DNA of 64,000 bases from an uncultured Actinomycetes bacterium (GTDB lineage: Bacteria > Actinomycetota > UBA4738 > HRBIN12): the NCBI GenBank assembly GCA_963704725.1, contig OY969934.1, forward strand, positions 2,400,001-2,464,000, given 5' to 3'. The notes under the pieces are model-generated. The model saw only the letters and a list, made by a program, of their open reading frames with translations. It was not told where the DNA came from and did not search any database. The translations under genes were made by a program, and so were the position numbers. Below are positions 57,166-64,000 of the stretch, piece by piece. The stretch's first letter is position 1. Each line of letters begins with the position of its first letter.

Positions 57166-58230
57166 TCAGTCGAGGACGGCGGGGTCGCGCCCCTCGAGGC
57201 CTCGGAGCCATTGCCGGACGTTCTCGCCGAGGTGATCCAGGAAGTACCCGCCTTCCTGCAGGACGACCACCCGCCTGCCGAGGGCCGCCACCCGGCGGCC
57301 CGCCTCCTGGTAGGCGGCCGTCGTGAGCGCGAGGTCGCAGATCGGGTCGAGCTCGTAGGTGTCGATCCCGAGGGACACGACCACGATCTCTCCGCCGAAC
57401 GCGGCGATCCGCTCCGATCCGCGATCGAGGTTCTCCAGGTAGGTCTCGTTCGTGCATCGGATCGGCAGTGGGAGATTGAGCGTCGCGCCCCGCCCCCGGC
57501 CGGCACCCGTCTCATCGGCGAACCCGGAGAAGTAGGGATACGCGCGATCGGGGTCGCCGTGGAGCGAGACGTACAGGACGTCGCCGCGCTCGTAGAAGAT
57601 CTGCTGGGTCCCATTGCCGTGGTGGTAGTCCACGTCGAGGATCGCCACGGGTTCGCCGGCTTGCCGCGCAAGCTCCTCGGCGACGATCGCGGCGTTGTTG
57701 AGGAAGCAGTACCCGCCGAACATCCCGCGCGCGGCGTGGTGTCCGGGCGGGCGGCACAGCCCGTAGGCGAACCGTTCGCCCGCAAGGACGAGGTCCGCCG
57801 CCGTGAGCGCCACGTCCACCGACGCGCGCGCGGCGGGGTACGTGCCCTCGACCATCGGGGTCGCGGTGTCGAAGCACCAGCGCCCGATGCCCGCCCTCGT
57901 CGTCTTCGGCTCGCGCCCTGGGCCCATGCCCTCGCGGTAGGCCGCGAGCGCGAAGGTGTCGGGGAAGATCTCGTCCGCCTCCTCGCCGGCCTCGCGCCAG
58001 TCCCGCCACGCCCCCTCCAGGAACTCGACCATGGCGGGATCGTGGACGGCCTTGATGGGTCCGGCGCCGTGCTCCATGGGCTCGGCCGTCTCGAACCCGC
58101 CGTCGGACTCCAGCGCGGACAGGATCGTCTCGGCGCGGTCGGGCGTCTCGAAGATGTCGATGGCCCGGCCGTCGGCGAGCTCATGCGCGGGGGCGTGGCG
58201 CCGGTGCTCGGGGCTGAACACGACGCGCAC
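57166..58230 (-). CDS. Histone deacetylase family, acetylpolyamine amidohydrolase-like
   Basis: ETPDR, RPPGHHA, GGYCFLNNAA, DVDYHHGNGTQ, DPI, QEGGY. Confidence 0.9.
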   Translation of the reverse strand: MRVVFSPEHRRHAPAHELADGRAIDIFETPDRAETILSALESDGGFETAEPMEHGAGPIKAVHDPAMVEFLEGAWRDWREAGEEADEIFPDTFALAAYREGMGPGREPKTTRAGIGRWCFDTATPMVEGTYPAARASVDVALTAADLVLAGERFAYGLCRPPGHHAARGMFGGYCFLNNAAIVAEELARQAGEPVAILDVDYHHGNGTQQIFYERGDVLYVSLHGDPDRAYPYFSGFADETGAGRGRGATLNLPLPIRCTNETYLENLDRGSERIAAFGGEIVVVSLGIDTYELDPICDLALTTAAYQEAGRRVAALGRRVVVLQEGGYFLDHLGENVRQWLRGLEGRDPAVLD

Positions 58231-58232
58231 GG

Positions 58233-58832
58233 CTAGCCCTCCAACCGTTCTCGGAGGGCGCGGAACGCGCGTCCCCGATGGCTGACGGCGTCCTTCTCCG
58301 CGTCCGAGAGCTCGGCCATGGTGCGCTCGGAGCCGTCAGGGACGAACGCCGGGTCGTAGCCGAACCCGCCCGACCCTCGGGGCTCGGTGACCAGCCGCCC
58401 TTCGCACGTCCCCTCCGCCCACACCTCGGCGCCGTCCGGCCGGGCGAGCGCCGCGACGCACCGGTACCGGGCCGTGCGCTCCGCCGCCGGCACCTCCGAC
58501 ATCGTCCGCAGGAGCAGCTCGAGGTTGTCCCGGTCTGTGGCCTCCTCGCCTGCGTAGCGTGCGGACCGGGGGCCGGGCGCGCCGTCCAGCGCGTCGACCT
58601 CGAGTCCGGAGTCGTCGGCCACCGCGGGGACGCCGAGCGCCGCCGCGACCTCTCGCGCCTTGGCCAACGCGTTCTCCAGGTACGTGTCGTGCGGCTCCTC
58701 GACGTCGGGCCACGGCCCGTCGTGGTCGAGCGCGGTGATCCACGTGACCGGCCAGTCGGCGCAGATGCGCCCGATCTCCCGGAGCTTGTGCGCGTTCTGG
58801 GACGCGATGGCGAGCCGCTCGGGGAACGCCAT
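58233..58832 (-). CDS. rdgB: Non-canonical purine NTP pyrophosphatase
   Basis: SQNAHK, ENALAKA, ADDSGL, GFGYDP, SHRGRA. Confidence 0.94.
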   Translation of the reverse strand: MAFPERLAIASQNAHKLREIGRICADWPVTWITALDHDGPWPDVEEPHDTYLENALAKAREVAAALGVPAVADDSGLEVDALDGAPGPRSARYAGEEATDRDNLELLLRTMSEVPAAERTARYRCVAALARPDGAEVWAEGTCEGRLVTEPRGSGGFGYDPAFVPDGSERTMAELSDAEKDAVSHRGRAFRALRERLEG

Positions 58833-58834
58833 CG

Positions 58835-59554
58835 CTACGCGAGGGCGTCGCGCTGCGCCTGCGTGAGCTGCTTGATGCCCGACTCCGCGAGGTTCAGGAG
58901 GGCGTCGAGCTCGGCCCGCGAGAACGGCTCCCCCTCGGCGGTGCCCTGGATCTCGACGAGGGCCCCCGAGCCCGTGGTCACGACGTTGCAGTCGACCTCG
59001 GCGCCGGCGTCCTCCTCGTACGACAGGTCGAGCACCGGCTCGCCGCCCACGACGCCCACGCTCACGGCGGCCACCGTGTCGACGAGCACGCCCGCCTTCA
59101 CCACCCCCGTCTCCTCGAGCTGCCGGACCGCCGTTGCCAGCGCCAGGTACCCGGCGGTGATCGAGGCGCACCGGGTGCCGGCATCGGCGAGCAGCACGTC
59201 GCAGTCGATCGTGATCGTCCGCTCCCCGAGCTTGGCGAGGTTCGTCACGGCACGGAGCGAACGGCCGATGAGGCGCTGGATCTCCTGCGTCCGGCCGCTG
59301 GGGCGGCCCTTGCTCACCTCGCGCTGCGTGCGCTCGGCCGTGGCGCGCGGGAGCATCGAGTACTCCGCCGTCACCCACCCGCGCCCGGTGCCGCGCATCC
59401 ACCGCGGCGAATCCTCGATCACCGACGCCGCGACGAGGACCCGGGTCCGCCCCTGGGAGAACAGGACCGACCCCTCGGCCCAGTCCTGGAAGCCGAACTC
59501 GATCGCGATCGGGCGCAGCTCGTCGGCCTGCCGGCCGTCGGGCCGGGGGCTCAT
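58835..59554 (-). CDS. rph: Ribonuclease PH
   Basis: [45 protein letters not shown]. Confidence 0.96.
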   Translation of the reverse strand: MSPRPDGRQADELRPIAIEFGFQDWAEGSVLFSQGRTRVLVAASVIEDSPRWMRGTGRGWVTAEYSMLPRATAERTQREVSKGRPSGRTQEIQRLIGRSLRAVTNLAKLGERTITIDCDVLLADAGTRCASITAGYLALATAVRQLEETGVVKAGVLVDTVAAVSVGVVGGEPVLDLSYEEDAGAEVDCNVVTTGSGALVEIQGTAEGEPFSRAELDALLNLAESGIKQLTQAQRDALA

Positions 59555-59570
59555 CGGGAGCCGGCGGCCC

Positions 59571-60323
59571 TCATCCGCCCACCTCGAACACGAGGCCCTC
59601 GGCCGCCGCCGCGATCGGACCGCCGTACTCCTCCGCCGCCTGCTCCCTGGACAGGTCGTGGTCGAGCGTCGGCCAGATGTGCGTGAGGACGAGCGCGGCG
59701 ACGCCGGCCTCTCGGGCGTGGATCGCCGCCTGGCGCGAGGACATGTGGAACGGCAGCAGGTCGTCGCGGTCCTGCCACGTCGCCTCCGCGAGCAGCAGGT
59801 CGGCGTTGCGCGCGAGATCCTCGACGTGGTGCGTGGGGCCTGTGTCGCCCGTGTACATGAGGACCGTGCCGTCGGCCGCGATCCGAAAGCCCAGGGCGGC
59901 CAGCCCGAGATGCGCCATGGGCTGCGTCTGCACCCGGAAGGGCCCGATCTCGAAGGCCTCGCCCGGCGTCACCTCGGAGAAGGAGAACGCCGTGCGCATC
60001 ACGACCTGCGAATCGATCGAGACGACGTCGGCGAGCTTCTGCGTGAAGTCCGTGGGCACGAACACCGGGAGGCCGGGCCGGCCCAGCTCGCCGTAGTGCC
60101 ACGCGTAGAAGCACGGGTAGAGGTCGACGAAATGGTCGGGATGCTCGTGGCTGATCACGATCGCGTCGATCTCGGACAGGTCGATGTGGTGCTGGAGGTT
60201 CGCGAGCGTCCCCGTCCCGGCGTCCATCCACAGGTTGAAGCCATCGTGCTGGACGAGGTAGCCGCTCGTCGCCGTGTCGGGGTTGGGCCAGGTTCCGCTC
60301 GCGCCGAGGACCGTCAGCCTCAT
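59571..60323 (-). CDS. MBL-fold metallo-hydrolase (Rv1339-like phosphodiesterase)
   Basis: MRLTVLG, MDAGTG, SHEHPDH, YTGDTG, LTHIWP; conserved position between murI and rph. Confidence 0.9.
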   Translation of the reverse strand: MRLTVLGASGTWPNPDTATSGYLVQHDGFNLWMDAGTGTLANLQHHIDLSEIDAIVISHEHPDHFVDLYPCFYAWHYGELGRPGLPVFVPTDFTQKLADVVSIDSQVVMRTAFSFSEVTPGEAFEIGPFRVQTQPMAHLGLAALGFRIAADGTVLMYTGDTGPTHHVEDLARNADLLLAEATWQDRDDLLPFHMSSRQAAIHAREAGVAALVLTHIWPTLDHDLSREQAAEEYGGPIAAAAEGLVFEVGG

Positions 60324-61141
60324 CGAACCACCTCGACCCGCGCCACGGTCACGGCGTCCACTCCGCCAAGCGCCGGCCCGAGGAAGCGGTGCGCGATCCG
60401 GCGGAACTGCGCGGGGTCGCCGGTGGTGAGGAACTCGTGCGAGGGCTCGGCCTCGTCCTCGCGGAGCAGGTCGCCGCGGCGGAGCGCGGAGTACACGTCC
60501 TTGGCCGTCTCCTCGGCCGACGAAACCAGCACCACGCCCTCCCCCATGACCAGCTGGATCAGCCCCGAGAGCATCGGATAGTGCGTACACCCCAGGATCA
60601 GGGTGTCGACGCCCTCGCGTTTCAGCGGCCCAAGATACCCGCGCGCGAGCCCGAACAACGTGTCGCTCGAGGTGTCGCCCCGCTCGACGAAGTCCACGAA
60701 GGCCGGGCAGGCGGTCGAGAACAGCCGGACCTCGCTCCCCGTGGCCGCGACGGCGCGGGAGTAGGCGCCGCTCTCCACCGTGGCCTCGGTGCCGATCATC
60801 CCGATCCGGCCGTTGCGCGTGGCCCGGACCGCGGCCCGGGCGCCGGGGTCGATCACCCCCACCACAGGGACGCCGTGCGCCTCGGCGACGTCGGCGATGG
60901 CCGCGACCTCGATCGAGTTGCACGCCACGACCAGCATCTTCACGTCGCGGCGGACGAGCTCGGCCGCGATCTCGAGCGCGAAGCCCCGGATCTCGGCGAG
61001 GGGACGCGGACCGTACGGGAACCGGCCGTTGTCGCCCACGTACCGGATCGGCTCGTTGGGCAGCAGGTCGACGATCGCTCGGACGACGGTCAGGCCGCCC
61101 ACGCCGGAGTCGAAGACGCCGATCGGCCGCGGGTCGCTCAA
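60320..61141 (-). CDS. murI: Glutamate racemase
   Basis: [32 protein letters not shown]. Confidence 0.96.
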   Translation of the reverse strand: MSDPRPIGVFDSGVGGLTVVRAIVDLLPNEPIRYVGDNGRFPYGPRPLAEIRGFALEIAAELVRRDVKMLVVACNSIEVAAIADVAEAHGVPVVGVIDPGARAAVRATRNGRIGMIGTEATVESGAYSRAVAATGSEVRLFSTACPAFVDFVERGDTSSDTLFGLARGYLGPLKREGVDTLILGCTHYPMLSGLIQLVMGEGVVLVSSAEETAKDVYSALRRGDLLREDEAEPSHEFLTTGDPAQFRRIAHRFLGPALGGVDAVTVARVEVVR

Positions 61142-61145
61142 GGGA

Positions 61146-62078
61146 CTACCACCACAGGGACTCCGAGACGTGCTTCTCGGCCCGCTCGATCTCGGGCGCC
61201 CACGCCTCGACCGAGAGGTACTTCCAGCCTCCGTCGGCGAGCAGGCACACGACCTCGCCGCGATCCAGCTCGGTGGCGATCCGGCGGGCCACGTGGAGCA
61301 CCGCGCCGGAGGAGATCCCGGCGAAGATCCCCTCGCGCTCGGTGAGCTCCCGCGTCGCCCGCAGCGCGTCCGAGGAGCTCACGAGGAACTTCCGGTCGAG
61401 CTCGCGCTCGTCCAGGATCGGGGGGACGAAGCCGTCGTCCAGCGACCGCAGCCCGTACACGAGCTCGCCGAGCTCGGGCTCGGCCGCGACCACCTTGATG
61501 TTCGGATCGTGGCGGTGCAGCCGCCGCCCGACACCGGTGAGCGTCCCGCCGGTGCCGAGCCCGGCCACGAAGTGCGTGACCTCGGGAAGGTCGCGCACAA
61601 TCTCCTCCCCCGTCCCCTCCTCGTGCGCGAGCGCGTTCGCCGGGTTCCCGTACTGGAACGGCATGAAGTAGCGGTCGTCCTGCGCCAGCCGGCGGGCGAT
61701 GTCGATCGACCCGTTGGTCCCCTTGTCGCCGGGCGAGAACACGATCTCGGCGCCGAACAGCTCGAGCAGCCGGATCCGCTCCTCGCTCGCGTTGTCGGGG
61801 ATGACCACCGTGAGCCTGTAGCCCTTGCGCCGCGCCACCAGCCCGAGCGCGATCCCCGTGTTTCCCGACGTCGGCTCGAGGATCGTCTTGCCCGGCACGA
61901 GCTGGCCTGAGGCCTCGGCCTCCTCGACCATGCGCCTGGCGATGCGGTCCTTCGTCGATCCCGTCGGGTTCTGCCCCTCGAGCTTGGCCCACAGGCGAAC
62001 GCCCGGGCTCGGGCTCATGTCGGCCAGGCCGACGAGCGGCGTGTTCCCGATCGCGTCGAGGACGTCCGCGTAGCGCAT
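61146..62078 (-). CDS. cysM: PLP-dependent cysteine synthase B (actinobacterial CysM type)
   Basis: [46 protein letters not shown]-terminal LWW. Confidence 0.88.
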   Translation of the reverse strand: MRYADVLDAIGNTPLVGLADMSPSPGVRLWAKLEGQNPTGSTKDRIARRMVEEAEASGQLVPGKTILEPTSGNTGIALGLVARRKGYRLTVVIPDNASEERIRLLELFGAEIVFSPGDKGTNGSIDIARRLAQDDRYFMPFQYGNPANALAHEEGTGEEIVRDLPEVTHFVAGLGTGGTLTGVGRRLHRHDPNIKVVAAEPELGELVYGLRSLDDGFVPPILDERELDRKFLVSSSDALRATRELTEREGIFAGISSGAVLHVARRIATELDRGEVVCLLADGGWKYLSVEAWAPEIERAEKHVSESLWW

Positions 62079-62155
62079 CAGGGGCGGCGGGAGCCAGGCA
62101 TCAGGCCGCGATTATCCCAGCCGCGCTCTCGGTTCCGCCCGAGCGCGCCGGACGC

Positions 62156-62188
62156 GGAGGGGGGCGGCCCGCCGGACCGCCCCCTCCA
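62156..62188 (-). terminator. GC-rich hairpin after the peptidase gene
   Basis: GGAGGGGGGCGG...CCGCCCCCTCC imperfect stem. Confidence 0.45.
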
Positions 62189-62214
62189 CCGATGCCGTGG
62201 TGCCGCCGGAGCGC

Positions 62215-64000
62215 CTAGCCGCCCGGCTGCACGACCCCGTTCACGGTGAGCGTGTAGGGGGCCGTCTGGTTCACCGTCTCGGTCGGGTCGAGGTGCGTGA
62301 CGATCGCCGCGATCGTCGAGCCCGTCGTCCCGATCGCCGCCTCGAGGCCCGCCCCGGAGAGCGAGCCGTCGAAGTTGGCGTCGAGCGGGATCGAGGCGAG
62401 CCGCACCTGGTTGGTGGTCTGGTCCAGGACAACCAGGCGCACGAACCACCCGCGGACGTCGACGGGGTTGATCTGCGTGACGGACTTCCAGCCCCGCAGG
62501 CTGGCGCCGTCCGTCAGCAGATGACCGTCAACCTCGACGTTGTCGATCCAGAAGCCGTCGAACTGGACGCCGGGGTCCGTGACGTATCGGAACGAGAGCA
62601 GGACCCGCTGTCCGGAGTACCGGGAGAGGTCGCAGGCCTCGTGGACGAAGCCGTCCGAGCTGCCCTCGAACCCGGGTCCGAGCGGGGCGTCGATCGAGTC
62701 GTCACACGGCACGCTCCGGTATGACCGGCCGCCGTTCTTCGAGACCTGGACGTAGGCGTAGTCGTAGCCCTGCTCCGTGTCCCAGGCCGTATCGAACTCG
62801 AGGTCGCCGCTCCCGACGCGGACTCGGTGCACGACCGCGCGGTCCAGGTTGTCCCCCTTGCCCGAGTACAGCGCCCTGCCGTCGGCTCCCGATGGCGGGG
62901 TGCGGTCGACGGTCCACTCGACGGGGAGCTTCGCCAGCTCGCTGGCGCCGTCGAACTCGATGCTCTCGACCGCGCCCACGCCGAGGTACGCGCCGGTGTC
63001 GCCGCGCAGCCGCACGTAGTCGGAGCCGTTCGCCGGGACGCCCGGCCCGGCGTAGGCCTGGTCGTTGTCCCAGTTGATGCTGGCGTCGAGGGTGGACGTG
63101 CCGAACTCGGCGGGTGATCCACCCACGAGCGTCCAGCCGTCGTCGAGCGCCCCGTCGACCGCGACCATCGTGGCCCACGACTCGATCACGTCCATCGGCG
63201 TCGCGTCGGACCCCGCCGCCTGGAGCAGCAGCGCGAGCGAGTCGAGGCCGTTGTCCGTGTCGAGGTGCAGGTCGGTCAGGAAGCCGTTCCCGAACTGCCC
63301 CGCGAGGTACTCCATGAAGGCGTAGGCCGCGCCGTAGTCGCAGAGGATCTCCTGCTCGTAGTCGGTCTGGTCACCCCACAGCGTCAGGGAGTTCTCCGGA
63401 CCTCCCGGTCTCGGATTGAGGTTGGCGGACGTTGCGACGTTGCCCCAGCCCAGGAAGCACTGGACGTGGCTGTCGAACCCGATCTGCGTCACCGGGATCC
63501 GCGTGTTCACGTAGCCGGTCAGCGTTTGCGCGAAGTCGGACAGCCCTTCGTTCACCCAGCTCGTCTCGTCGAAGTCGACATAGTTCTCGAGCAGGTGCTG
63601 GTACTCGTGCGCGAACGTGCCCTCGTAGAGGAAGGGACGCGCCGTCGCGTTGAGACAGAGATCGGACGACGGCTGGTTCGGCGGGTTCGCGCCGGTCCGG
63701 TGGAGCCAGTCGAACGCGTCGATGTTCATGACGAGCCGGTTGAAGTAGAAGTCGTACGCCGACGAGTAGAACCCGGCGATGTACGTGAACCCGCTCGCGT
63801 TGTCCGTGTCGTAGAAGTTGCCGTCCCGGACGTTGTCGATCAGGACGACGACCCGGTCTCCCGGCCCCCGGTAGTAGTCCCTGGGGAGGTCGAGGATGCG
63901 CGCGAGGAACGCGTTGGCGCCGTTGCGAGGCGGCGCCACGCTGAACGCGGCCGACTCGATCGGATACATGTGACCGTCGAACTGATCGATCAGGTACTGG
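62215..64000 (-). CDS. Secreted zinc metalloprotease (immune inhibitor A/M6-like), 5' end outside the window
   Basis: AHEYQH (HExxH), NEGLSD; C-terminal YDYAYVQVS...FRYVTD..GFWIDNV domain; frame stays open to the window edge. Confidence 0.82.
   Translation of the reverse strand, partial: QYLIDQFDGHMYPIESAAFSVAPPRNGANAFLARILDLPRDYYRGPGDRVVVLIDNVRDGNFYDTDNASGFTYIAGFYSSAYDFYFNRLVMNIDAFDWLHRTGANPPNQPSSDLCLNATARPFLYEGTFAHEYQHLLENYVDFDETSWVNEGLSDFAQTLTGYVNTRIPVTQIGFDSHVQCFLGWGNVATSANLNPRPGGPENSLTLWGDQTDYEQEILCDYGAAYAFMEYLAGQFGNGFLTDLHLDTDNGLDSLALLLQAAGSDATPMDVIESWATMVAVDGALDDGWTLVGGSPAEFGTSTLDASINWDNDQAYAGPGVPANGSDYVRLRGDTGAYLGVGAVESIEFDGASELAKLPVEWTVDRTPPSGADGRALYSGKGDNLDRAVVHRVRVGSGDLEFDTAWDTEQGYDYAYVQVSKNGGRSYRSVPCDDSIDAPLGPGFEGSSDGFVHEACDLSRYSGQRVLLSFRYVTDPGVQFDGFWIDNVEVDGHLLTDGASLRGWKSVTQINPVDVRGWFVRLVVLDQTTNQVRLASIPLDANFDGSLSGAGLEAAIGTTGSTIAAIVTHLDPTETVNQTAPYTLTVNGVVQPGG

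Noticed and set aside
58278-60581. 767-aa plus-strand ORF
   Set aside because: Antisense to rdgB, rph, MBL and murI

Overview
High-GC (about 70% by eye) bacterial chromosomal window, almost certainly Actinomycetota. Evidence: an F420-type LLM oxidoreductase, the FAH-gltX pair, the cysM-murI-MBL-rph-rdgB block, a SigG-type ECF sigma and many leaderless TANNNT promoters. About 70 CDS and 3 tRNAs (His-GTG, Lys-CTT, Leu-TAG). No rRNA, CRISPR array, integrase or transposase was recognised. The left half (1-33.4 kb) is mainly nitrogen/amine catabolism (LLM + dihydropyrimidinase + MMSDH, glutamine-synthetase-like ligase, saccharopine-dehydrogenase-like enzyme, BHMT + sarcosine oxidase, rocD, two paralogous class-III aminotransferases), plus two head-to-head toxin-antitoxin modules with visible operators. 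The 33.7-50.4 kb stretch between tRNA-Lys and tRNA-Leu looks accessory and partly decayed. It holds the best candidate for an undescribed system: a co-directional four-gene unit encoding a divergent uracil-DNA-glycosylase-fold protein, a nucleobase-deaminase-like amidohydrolase, a signal-less subtilase and a small propeptide/I9-like protein. The right end has secreted glycan/sugar enzymes and core genes. All assignments come from motif recognition by eye; no database search was run. Single-indel frameshifts could be sequencing errors.
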